From: Thraustochytrium aureum
Taxonomy: Eukaryota
DNA length: 38,324 bases
Assembly: GCA_012862495.1 (NCBI GenBank)
Contig: BLSG01000379.1
Location: forward strand, 76,895 to 115,218
Direction of reading: 5' to 3'
Shown here: piece by piece, positions 9,332 to 19,421 of the stretch
Layout of the letters: every line of letters starts with the position of its first letter
How positions within the stretch are numbered: position 1 is the first letter of the stretch
Notes under the pieces: model-generated
Told to the model about the DNA's origin: nothing
Seen by the model: only the letters and a program-made list of their open reading frames with translations
The model's database searches: none
Program-made: the position numbers and the translations under genes

Positions 9332-10558
9332 ATGAGCTGCGACGGGCTCCTGTACGTGCTCCCGTTCTTCGAGTATGTGAAGAGCAACCCGTTCGGGACG
9401 TGCTCGAGCCAGGGCTCGTGCGAGGCTGGCGGGCTCTGCGTATGCAAGCCGGGGTGGACTGGGCGCAGCGACTTTATAGACACGGACAAGCTCGACTGCC
9501 AGATAAACGAGAATGCGATCGTGGGCCTCTGGGCGTTCTTGGTGTTTGTGCTCTTGGTGTCCCTCTTCGTCGTGCGGCGCGAAGTGGTTGCCAAGTGGGA
9601 GCAGCACGTTGCGCTGCGCGATAAGAAGGCCGAGCAGCACGTCAAGTTCTCCGTACGGGAAAACCGCGGCATGATGGCCATCTTGTGGTTCTTGTTCGTG
9701 ACAACTCCCGGGCTTTTGGCTATGGCGGCGATCAAAATCGCCCTCCCCAACGAACGCGTCGGGTTTACCTGGCCTGTGACCATCTTGTTTGCCGTGACCA
9801 AGGTCGGCTTTTACACGGTCGCGTTTTTGTTCCAGCCGGCGCTGCTCGCCACGATCCTCCGCGGGCAGCGCAACATGCGCAACCTGATCAGGCTGAGCAA
9901 CACCTTCATGTTCTGGAACATGTGCGTGAGCTGCGCGCTCGGGTTTCTGCCGTTCCTGACCATTCTGCTGGCCGACTCGGTCGCCAACATCGACAAGATC
10001 ATCTACGTCACGTACTTCGCCGGCTCGATGATCTCCATGCTCAGCTTCGCGGTGCAAGCCGCCTACATTCGCTGGAAAGTGGTCTCTGTGCTCAACAAGA
10101 GCTACGAGATGACCAAGAGCACAGGCGTCCTCGAGATCAAGGCCCGCCTCGTCCAGTTCCAGACCGGCGTCATCGTACAGGGCTCGGTACAGTGCTTCGT
10201 GTACGGCGCGTTTCTGTTCCTGCCATTCCTCTGGAACAAGCACGACTACTTCCTTCCCATCTCCTGGATCTCGATGCCGCTACTCTACACCAAGCTCGCC
10301 AGGAGCACGGTGACGACCAAGCGCGTCGGGGGGACCTCGACGGTGGGGACGCACTCAAAGTCCGAGTCGCGCTCCAAGACCGAAAACTCATTCTCGTACC
10401 AGAACAACGGCGGCGTGGGCTCGTCGGTCAACCTGCAAACCAACGCAATGTCGTCCTTCCAGTCGATGCAGGCGCACTCGTTTGTGGAGAAGGCCGTCTC
10501 CATGTACGAGGACCCAGAAGCGTACGCAGATGGAAGCGAAGATGACGAGTACGTGTGA
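9332..10558 (+). CDS. Orphan seven-transmembrane (GPCR-like topology) protein with an N-terminal EGF-like cysteine motif, 408 aa
   Basis: CSSQGSCEAGGLCVCKPGWTG...DC is an EGF-like pattern. Seven hydrophobic stretches follow (AIVGLWAFLVFVLLVSLFVV; MMAILWFLFVTTPGLLAMAAI; WPVTILFAVTKVGFYTVAFLF; FMFWNMCVSCALGFLPFLTILLA; IIYVTYFAGSMISMLSFAVQAAYI; GVIVQGSVQCFVYGAFLFLPFLW; YFLPISWISMPLLY), then a Ser/Thr-rich tail. GC3-biased codons. ATG at 9332. Confidence 0.82.
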   Translation: MSCDGLLYVLPFFEYVKSNPFGTCSSQGSCEAGGLCVCKPGWTGRSDFIDTDKLDCQINENAIVGLWAFLVFVLLVSLFVVRREVVAKWEQHVALRDKKAEQHVKFSVRENRGMMAILWFLFVTTPGLLAMAAIKIALPNERVGFTWPVTILFAVTKVGFYTVAFLFQPALLATILRGQRNMRNLIRLSNTFMFWNMCVSCALGFLPFLTILLADSVANIDKIIYVTYFAGSMISMLSFAVQAAYIRWKVVSVLNKSYEMTKSTGVLEIKARLVQFQTGVIVQGSVQCFVYGAFLFLPFLWNKHDYFLPISWISMPLLYTKLARSTVTTKRVGGTSTVGTHSKSESRSKTENSFSYQNNGGVGSSVNLQTNAMSSFQSMQAHSFVEKAVSMYEDPEAYADGSEDDEYV

Positions 10559-10584
10559 GCGAGCTTTCTCTGGACGGCAAGGCT

Positions 10585-10915
10585 CTGGCTGGCTGGCTGG
10601 CTGGCTGGCTNNNNNNNNNNNNNNNNNNNNNNNNNNNNNNNNNNNNNNNNNNNNNNNNNNNNNNNNNNNNNNNNNNNNNNNNNNNNNNNNNNNNNNNNNN
10701 NNNNNNNNNNNNNNNNNNNNNNNNNNNNNNNNNNNNNNNNNNNNNNNNNNNNNNNNNNNNNNNNNNNNNNNNNNNNNNNNNNNNNNNNNNNNNNNNNNNN
10801 NNNNNNNNNNNNNNNNNNNNNNNNNNNNNNNNNNNNNNNNNNNNNNNNNNNNNNNNNNNNNNNNNNNNNNNNNNNNNNNNNNNNNNNNNNNNNNNNNNNN
10901 NNGGCTGGCTGGCTG
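10585..10915. repeat. (GGCT)n microsatellite flanking both sides of an assembly gap
   Basis: GGCT repeats at 10585-10610 and 10903-10915, on either side of N10611-10902. Confidence 0.9.
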
Positions 10916-11128
10916 CTGAGCTGGCAGGACCCCATATTTGTGCCAGCCGACGGGCTGGAAGGCGCGCCAAGGGTTTCGCGTGCGAGGTGCGGCTCAACGA
11001 CGACGCAGTACCGCCCTCTCCTCTCTCGCTCTCCGCAAGGGAGCGTATCTCGTAAATTCCCTTTCTTGTGTTTTTACTTTGGCTGACGTGAGCTCGCTCC
11101 GAGCCGCGGCCAAGCTCGAGAGCGCAAG

Positions 11129-13600
11129 CTAGTTTTCTGGCGGCGCACCTGCACTCTGCGACTTTGCCACCGTTGCGCTGAGCTGTGCCACGACTTGCTT
11201 GATTGTCGCATAAGACACGTCTTCGGTCGCGTCTGGCTTGTCCAAAAACGCAGTCCAATACTCGAGTGCGCGCGACGCCGCGACATTGCGCCAACCCTCG
11301 GCGCCGTCCTCCCTGAACAACGTCCCGAAAATCTGCTCGAGGTGGGCCGTGTACGGGAACGCCGGGTTGGGCACGAACCCGCCCGGTTGCTTGGACTGCA
11401 CCAACTTGACGAATGCGAGCCCAAGGTTCTTGACATTTGCAGCGCTCATCTGCTCCCTGTTTTGCAAAAACGAGCGCTGCAGCATAGCGGCCGCCAAGGC
11501 CATCAAGTTGCGGTCGTCCACTTCGACGGCATGCGAGAGGATTGTCGACGCGTCTGTGCACAAGTGGTCAAAGTAGTCACGAGCAAGAGTCCACTCCCAA
11601 GTCTCGGGGCTGTACTTTTGCTCGTCAGGAAACGCTTGCAGCGTGCGGTCCACGGCGGCCCAGGCGCGCATCGCCGCTTCGAGCCAGGGCTGGAAACCCA
11701 CAACTGCAACGCCGTCCACGTAGCTCTCCGAGGTGGCCGCCCCAACGACCTGCCCCGCGCCCTTGGGCACAAATTTCGCCAGCATCCCCACGTTTACCAT
11801 CGCGTAGGCGCTCTCCCACGCTTTGTCTTGTGAATACGGAAGCTTGCCCGTCCAATACACCCCACCTTTGCAGCGCGGCATGTTGGCACGGAGAAAATCA
11901 ACAATAGCAAACCCCCCACCCGCATGCGCCGGGCTTCCAGTCATTACCCAGTGCGTGCCTGGTAAGTGCACGCACTTGGTTGGGTCCTCGTTGTACACCT
12001 CGCGATAGCTGCCCACCCAAGCGTACGAAAGCATTGGCCCGTTCACGACGGTGACATCAGGGCGGAAACCAGTGCATTGCTGCAAGTAGCGCAACGTCGT
12101 CCACTGCTGGTCGTAGCCCACAACAACGAGCGAATTCGAAGGAACGGCCGACAGCAACGCCCGCCCATACCGCTCCATGTGCACATTCGCAGACTGGTCG
12201 TTCACCTCAAAGTTGAGCCACAGCTGCATACCACACACCAAGCAGCAAAACACTCCGGCACCGAACGCGGCGCCTGCTCGGCCGAGCCCAAAGGCGAAGC
12301 TCGCCTTCTCTGCCGCGGCACAGAGACCCCAACTGGCAAGCACAAATACGATCAGATTTGGCTGCATCCAAAACCGCGCTTGTACACCGAAAAGGAGCTT
12401 CTGGTCCAACGGCATGTTGCTCAGGACGTGGAAGACAACCACGTAAAACACCCAGGCGCCCAGCAGAGCAGCTCCAACCTGCTTTCGAGTCTCGGCGTCA
12501 CCTTCGCCTGCGCCGTCGGGGTCGGCCTCGGAGACGGCGGCGCTGGAGCTGGCTTTAGCCGCGCTCCCCTTGGCCGCCTTGCCCTTGGTGCGCTGCTTGG
12601 GTGCGCCTCGGCTTGGCGCCGCGCTCCCTGCTGACGAGCCTGTCGCGGCGCGGATAGCAAGCCAAGCGCCTGCGGCGCCGAGGATGGGGATCACGTAGAC
12701 CCCCTGTCTGCTTGCCAGGTCTTGCAAGTACAGCCAGATCCGGTCTGCAGGGCCGACAGCCCCGGCCTTGTCGTGGCTGTAGAGCCTGAACGTGCCGTAG
12801 TCCCCGCGGCGGAGGTGGTGGACAAACCCTGCCGCAGTCGTTGTATCGCCCCACGACCCCTGCTGCCTGTTGAAAGTCAGCGCGACAGGCAAGTAGGCGT
12901 ACGGCAACAGCCCAAGGACGAACAGAGCCGCCCAGGTCGCGACGCGGCGTTCAGTGAACCGCCCAGCCCACAACTCGCGCCACAAGATCCACCCCACTAG
13001 AGGGACCTCGAACAGGATCGCTGTGTGCTGATTGCAGAGCGCGAGCCCGCACCAAAAGGCGCCGGTCCTTATCCACCGGTCTCTCTCGTGCGCCGACCTC
13101 GCGGTTCCGTACCGGACAGTGAGCCAAACGAGAACAGCGATGAGGGCGTTGTTGAGAGCAAACACTTCAGCGCCAGTCGAGTACTGCCACACCAGTTGTG
13201 AGAGGCCGTATGCGACCGCCACCCCTGCGCCCACCAGCGACGCCAGTAGCGTGCCAAAGCGCGGGCTGCAGAGATCTGCGACCGCTGCTTGGACGAACGC
13301 GACAGCCACGCTTCCAAGAAACGCAGACACCGCGTTCGCCTTCCAGGCAATCAGCGAGTCGCCCTTCTCGGACCCAGGCCACCAGGCTGGATCCGTCCGC
13401 ATCAAGACTGCGTGGTACAGCATCGTGAACAACGGGTACCCTGGCGGGTGCGCGTGTCCCAGCGTGCAAGCCTCCGCGACAAGCTCCCCACTGTCTCCGC
13501 CAGGAATCGACGCGAACATGGTCTTCGCGTACACCGCGCCAACCATGGCAGCTGCCGCGCCTCCAAACGCCCATCGCAGCCCCGCGCCTTCGCGCCCCAT
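11129..13600 (-). CDS. TMEM260: TMEM260 / DUF2723 GT-C-fold protein O-mannosyltransferase homolog, 823 aa
   Basis: Signature SIPGGDSGELVAEACTLGHAHPPGYPLFTML, plus WQYSTGAEVFALNN, GLALCNQHT, GLLPYAYLP, SWGD...HLRRGDYGTFRL, GVQARFWMQPN and many TM segments. The likely ATG is at 13600. Confidence 0.92.
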   Translation of the reverse strand: MGREGAGLRWAFGGAAAAMVGAVYAKTMFASIPGGDSGELVAEACTLGHAHPPGYPLFTMLYHAVLMRTDPAWWPGSEKGDSLIAWKANAVSAFLGSVAVAFVQAAVADLCSPRFGTLLASLVGAGVAVAYGLSQLVWQYSTGAEVFALNNALIAVLVWLTVRYGTARSAHERDRWIRTGAFWCGLALCNQHTAILFEVPLVGWILWRELWAGRFTERRVATWAALFVLGLLPYAYLPVALTFNRQQGSWGDTTTAAGFVHHLRRGDYGTFRLYSHDKAGAVGPADRIWLYLQDLASRQGVYVIPILGAAGAWLAIRAATGSSAGSAAPSRGAPKQRTKGKAAKGSAAKASSSAAVSEADPDGAGEGDAETRKQVGAALLGAWVFYVVVFHVLSNMPLDQKLLFGVQARFWMQPNLIVFVLASWGLCAAAEKASFAFGLGRAGAAFGAGVFCCLVCGMQLWLNFEVNDQSANVHMERYGRALLSAVPSNSLVVVGYDQQWTTLRYLQQCTGFRPDVTVVNGPMLSYAWVGSYREVYNEDPTKCVHLPGTHWVMTGSPAHAGGGFAIVDFLRANMPRCKGGVYWTGKLPYSQDKAWESAYAMVNVGMLAKFVPKGAGQVVGAATSESYVDGVAVVGFQPWLEAAMRAWAAVDRTLQAFPDEQKYSPETWEWTLARDYFDHLCTDASTILSHAVEVDDRNLMALAAAMLQRSFLQNREQMSAANVKNLGLAFVKLVQSKQPGGFVPNPAFPYTAHLEQIFGTLFREDGAEGWRNVAASRALEYWTAFLDKPDATEDVSYATIKQVVAQLSATVAKSQSAGAPPEN

Positions 13601-13875
13601 AGCGACCCGTCCCGCCCGGCGCGCCAGGGACGCGCTAGCCGCCAAACCGGCCGGAGGCGTCGTCGAGTAGAGTACCGGAAAACGGGCGCCGAGCGCGTCC
13701 AGCGAGCCAGAAAAACACAGACGCACAATCGAGAGACAGAGCAGCTGCGAGCTGAGGCCTGCGCAATCGATCGATCAACCGAGCCCAGCTACGCCGCGGC
13801 CCACACCGGCGCCGTTCGCGTCTCTGCCCCGCCCGTGCGTCCCGCGTCCTGCGCCCTGTCCGCCCCAGTGGGCCA

Positions 13876-14321
13876 GTAACGATAGTTCCTTTGTGACGAG
13901 CCTTTCGCGCCAACGTGCTTCCTCGTCGCGCACGAGCGCGGGCCTGTGACGCGGCCGCCTCCGTCCAGGTAACGAGGAGTCCCAAGTGACGTGCGTCGTG
14001 CGGGCGCGCGCGTGTCGGTCGACGAGGACGTGACATTGGGGTGCATCGTGACGAGCGAGCACGCCGCGGAATAGTTCCGTTAGAGCCGTTCCGATGAACT
14101 GCCGAGTTGGCTCCCGCGATAGTCTGCTTGTCGGGGCGTATCGTGGCCGCGCGCGAACGTTACAGGCCGAGGTAGACGCCGTTCGAATGCGCGAGCCACG
14201 ACGGGGACACCAAGGACCCCCGCTGCATGTGACGGATCCCCACCAAGGCTGTCGCTGCATGTAGCAAAAAGCCTCAAGAAGGCCGCCGCTGCAAGTGGCA
14301 GAGCTCAGCAGCGTGACGTCA
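13876..14321 (+). promoter_or_regulatory. Cluster of GTGACG / GTAACG motifs (TGACG bZIP half-site-like) in the TMEM260/ARM-gene divergent promoter
   Basis: GTGACG at 13893, 13946, 13986, 14048, 14229 and 14313; the last is part of a full TGACGTCA at 14314-14321. GTAACG at 13876 and 13969, GTGACA at 14030. All are on the + strand. Confidence 0.4.
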
Positions 14322-14370
14322 ACGCAATTCGCTACAAGGGCCGCAGCGCCAGGCCTCGCTGGCTGCACAC

Positions 14371-17300
14371 ATGCCGTGGTGGCCAAAGTCGAACAAAGTT
14401 GCAGACGCGCAGGACGACGATGGGCGCCAAGGCGAGCCTGGCGGCTCGACAAGCGCCTCCCAGGCAAACCCGGTGGGCTCAAAGCACATGGGGCCTCGCG
14501 GAGGGGATGCAGCGGCGGACGCAGCAAGCGACGAAGGCGCTTTAGCCAACAGCGCCAGCACCGAGTCGCTGGTGGCTCGCTCGAACGAGCTAGAGCGACT
14601 CTATTGCGGCCAGTTTGACCCGGTGGTGTTCTCGACCAAGCGAGGCACGGAAAAGCGGGAATTGTTTGAGCGGTTTGCTGAAGATGCTGCGCAGAACAGA
14701 GCCAAGCTGTACAGCGTCCCAGTAGTTGCAACGCTTGTGCAGCTGCTCGAGCGCACGAGCGGCAAGCTCGGGCACGACCTCGCACTCCCGATCGCCAAGG
14801 GGCTCTCCCGGCTGACGCGCGACCCCGCCCTCGCTGCGGACGCCACAGACCTCGGCGATCGCATCGAGGCAAACCGACCAAGTCCTGGCCCGCACCCCGG
14901 CCCGAGTGAGAACCCCGCGAACGGTGGCCGGATCGGCGAACCGGGGCCCGACCCGCATGGAAAGGAGAGGTGGCACGATTTCATTACGGGCGTAGCGCGA
15001 CTGCCCAACTTTGCGCTTGTCCTAGCCAAGCTCGCGAGCGACGCGGTGCGGCGCCTACGCAGCGCTCCACGTCGCGGAAAGCAGCACCACGCCACAATCG
15101 AGGCTTGGAGTCAAGTTGCGCTGTATTGGATCGAGATTATCCTTCGCGTGGCTCGAGTGCTCAAAGTCTGTAGAACGGTCTTGGCCAAAACTTCGACGTA
15201 CGTGGCGGCGACGGAATGCTTTGACCAAATTATGCATTCGCAGTTCGCCTCGGTGGAGACCACGCAACGGTTGCGCTCAAGGGCGCTACTAGCCCTTAGC
15301 CAGTTCTTCGCCGTGATGACTCAGGACGCGCGCGGAGCTGAGGTTTTCGCGCTTGCAGAGGACAGCGCTTTTCTCGAACGGCTCGCAGGCCTTTTGGGCG
15401 CGCTGGCGTGGAACCGGAACCAGCTCGAGCTCTTCTACTTGAGTCAATGCGCTGCTGCACTCCCCTTGGACAAGCTGGAGAGCGCGGCGGCTGCAGCGAA
15501 GATCACAACAGCGCTGATGACAAAAGTCAACCTACAGCTCGGCCCGCTGATTGATGAAGGAGAGGCGCGCCGGCAAGACAGGGCCCAAGATGGCACAGGC
15601 GTGTTTTTTGGCGAGAAAAACGTTGACCCGTTTGGGGAGCTCGACGAAGACAGCGACGACGAGCTTGACCACGCGTACGGCTACCCAGGTGACCCAGTCT
15701 CGCCATTCGACTCCAGCAGCTTAGCAGGCGCTACGTCAAACGCGCGCAAGGGCAAGGGCGAGACGTTCCTGTTTGCGACATTTCGACTTTGTCTGCTCGC
15801 TCTGACGCGCCTAGCTCAGCACCCACGCCTCGGAAGGACCTGCCTCCTCACAGCAGGAATAGAGTTTGCAGAATCCAACGCCGGAGTCAACCTTACACCG
15901 CGCCGGGCGAGGATCGAAGCTGGCGATGCAAGCGATGCCGCTTCCGCTGCCGACAAAAAGTGCAGTTCTCCTTCTGAGGACTCGCCCGCGACGCAGGCAG
16001 AGTTGGAAGAACAGCGCTGGGCAGCCCTTGACGAAACCAAGCTCAAGCTGCTCAGTGAGCCCGCCGGGATGCTGGCAGAGTCGGGGGTGGCACACCTCTG
16101 GGTGCACCTCATTCGCCTTTTCCAGATCGACAAGGCCGTGGATGATGCCGCGCTGTCCAGCTTGCTCGACACGCTCGAGCGCCAGTGCCTCGCGGCGCTC
16201 GTCGAGCTTATCCCGCCTCACATTCCTTCGCAGCGCGTCGTAGACATCTTGCTTTGGCTCTTCATCAAACACCCGCGCCTGAGCGAGGTCTCGCTATCGC
16301 TCGCCGTCCGGGCGCTCGAGCAAGTGCTGCTGACTGATGTAGCCCGCAAGCTTGTAGTGCCGGTCAGTGAGTCGCGGCTTGCAGCGATTCTCGAGGCCCT
16401 GCTTTTGCAAGCTGGGCTTCGCGATGACTTTGGGGAGACTGTGGTGCGCCAGCTCCTGGACCTCTGCGTCCAGCTCGCCGACATGAGCGAAATCCTCATG
16501 AACGCCACCGTTGTCCCCGGGCTCGTCGAGCTGGTGCTCAACCCAAAGACACCCCCACGCGCGGTTCGCACATGCTGCTCTTTCTTGATGGACAACATGA
16601 TTGGAGCGGCACCGCAAGCTCGCCGCCGCGAGCGCAGTGTCTCGTGGATCTGCAAACTCGCCGAGTCGGGGCTGTTTCGAGTCTTTGATCAGCTCTTCGC
16701 TCGCTGCGCAGAAGCGCTTTCCGGGGCCAGACCGCTAGCCGGAGACCTGGACGATCGCCACGACGCCAGCGGAACTGCAGCCACGGACAGAGAAGAGCGC
16801 GTGCAAGAAGAAAAGGCGGTCTTTGCCTGGCACAAGCTCATGCTCGACGTGCTGCAGCGCTTGGCTCGCCTTTGCGCCGAGGAATGCGAGCAAGGCGATA
16901 TGGAGCTGCGAATCAAGGCAGCTTTGACGAGTCACGAACCCGAACTGTGCAACAGCCTGTTGATGGCAGCCTCCAAGCTTCAGCAACTCCACTTGGTCAA
17001 GGACTCGGTCCACAAAGAAGAGCTCAGCGAGAACGAGGAGGCGATTTACGACGCGGTCTACGCCGTCCTCCGGCTGCGTGGTCAGGGAGCTGAAGCGCGT
17101 CGCGCTATAACTGGGTTTGCGTCTGAGAAGTGCATGGGGCAGCTCGTGCTTGCGTTGTCGACGCGGCGCGCCTACACAGAGTCTGGGGACAAGCTGTTCG
17201 CAATCGTCGCTCTTATCGCCGAAGTGGCGAGCGCAAGCGACGGCGACCTTCTAGACCGTGCGCTCGACAACCAGTCTCTCTGTTCGCGGCTAGTCACCTC

Positions 17301-19159
17301 CCTGGCCGACGTTATCGCAGCCCTCAACACAGGTGCCAGCGAGGACAGCGGGCAGTTTGCAAAGCACGCTCTCTTTGCGCTGACCAACTGCCTGAGGCGG
17401 GTTGACGTGCGTGCGCGGCTCGGTGACGACCAACTCTTGGCAAGTCTCTGCTCAAACGTCTGCAGCCTCCTGTGGCGGCTGGAGTTGCGTTGGTCGCCAA
17501 CCGGTGAAGGCTTGGACGGTTTGGAACTGAAACGCGCCGAAGAGGACTCGGTCCTGCTTGAGGCAATGGCCCAGGCCGGTCTCTGCATTTGGACACTGGT
17601 TAGCTCCGATCACGAGTTCGCGACGCAGGTCTTACAGAGCAACCGGGTGCTTGGCCTCGTGTACGCCTTGGACATCGCAAGCGGCGTGCTTCGCACTCTC
17701 GTCGTGAAGCGGGAACCGCAAACCGACGGACAAACGCGGTCCGTCGCAGAGTGCCTCATGCTTGCAAGTGCAGCCTCGCTCTATCTGCTTTGCGACACAG
17801 CAACTTCAGCGGCCTGGGACTTGATCAGTGGGGCGGCACCGAATCGCAACGCAAAGGTGATGAGCAAGTCGGACTCTGCGTCCACGATTGGCGGGCTTGG
17901 GCATGGCCCACCAGCCCCGCTCGTCGACCACATTGTGAGGGCTGTAGCGAGGGCTTGCAGGGTTGTCTTGGACGACCCTGAGAAGAAGCCTTGCGAGGGC
18001 GTCGTCGTCAGCCTCGGCATTTGCTGGAGGATCGGAAGTCGGCTCGAAGGCCCCGCTGAGGCAGCAAAGCGGCTCGGCCCGCTCCTGCCGGTTCTGGCAG
18101 AGCTCGACATCGCACTTCACCAGGAAAAGACCAAGCGCTTCGCGCCAGTGATCATTCGTCGCGACTCGATGTTGATAAAGCAGGTCTCGGTACGCGGGGT
18201 CAGGCGCGGAGGGCGGCAGTCGCTGCTCGCCAAAGCGGGAGCGGAAAGCGCATTGTCAGTGCAGCATGCAGACCCTCGCATGGAGGAGGACAGCTCGAAG
18301 GATCGCTTGGAGATCGCCTATTCAATCGAGGAAGCCAGCGAAGACAGCGATGGCGACAACGCAATCTCCCATGCAAGCGCCGAGGAGGATGAGGTGCACG
18401 AGATACCAGCATCACATGGAGGTTTTCTGCCAGATAGCACTGCAATCGACTTGGCCATCGCATTGCGGCAGAGTATTCTGGAGGTGTTGGATCAAATGCC
18501 GCGCACGTCCCCACACGCCCTTCAGAAACAGTATGGGGTTATTCTCATGCAAAAAGTCCCGGCAGGGCTCGCGACGCTCGAGTCATTGCACGCTTTTCAG
18601 CGAAGCAAGCTTGACGCCCTGGTTTGCTACAGCGAGACGTCGACGCAGCCGAGTATGCCGCAAGGCTGCGGACCAGGAGCGAGCGACGAAAGGGCTTCTG
18701 TGTCGTCTGGTCTCCTGGATCAGCACTTTCGCTTGTGCTTGGCGCAGCAAAAGCAGTTCAAAGCAGTCGCGGAAGATGGGCTACGCAAAGCCCGACTTCG
18801 CGCCTCACTTGAAGCTCGAAGGTCGTTGCGGTTGGCCCGGGAGGAAGCACNNNNNNNNNNNNNNNNNNNNNNNNNNNNNNNNNNNNNNNNNNNNNNNNNN
18901 NNNNNNNNNNNNNNNNNNNNNNNNNNNNNNNNNNNNNNNNNNNNNNNNNNNNNNNNNNNNNNNNNNNNNNNNNNNNNNNNNNNNNNNNNNNNNNNNNNNN
19001 NNNNNNNNNNNNNAGCGGATCACGGCGGCTTCTGGCGTGGATGCAAACCAGCTCTACGAAGCGCTCATCCGCACACACGGCGTAGTCGACCTCGAGGACG
19101 AGCGCAGAGCTGCCTTCCTGCCGCTAGGAATTGGTTCAGGAGGTGGCGGCCGCGCGTAA
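14371..19159 (+). CDS. Large (~1,590 aa) hypothetical alpha-solenoid (ARM/HEAT-like) protein; gap near the C-terminus
   Basis: A 4.48-kb stop-free frame from ATG 14371 to the gap, made of Leu/Ala-rich amphipathic helices (e.g. ILMNATVVPGLVELVLNP, AKHALFALTNCL) with acidic linkers. After the gap, the frame ending at TAA 19159 (ANQLYEALIRTHGVVDLEDERR) looks more protein-like than the one ending at 19251. Confidence 0.75.
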
Positions 19160-19421
19160 CAGTTTTCGTAAGGAGGGCTTACAGGTCACTTGTGCGGCAA
19201 CGCGGCATGGATGCATGCTGCGCTGGAGCTGCAGCAAACGCTACTATGTAGAGTACATCACAGTCAATCTTTTGTTGATTTGAAAAGCGAAGGAAAGAAA
19301 AGAAAGCATGGTCGGCCTCGGCTGGCCTCGGGCCCAAGAGCTAGTACCGCAAGACCGATTGTATGCATCGATGCTGCCTCACGCGACTCGGAGAACTCAC
19401 TTCGCCTCGAATCAATTAATT

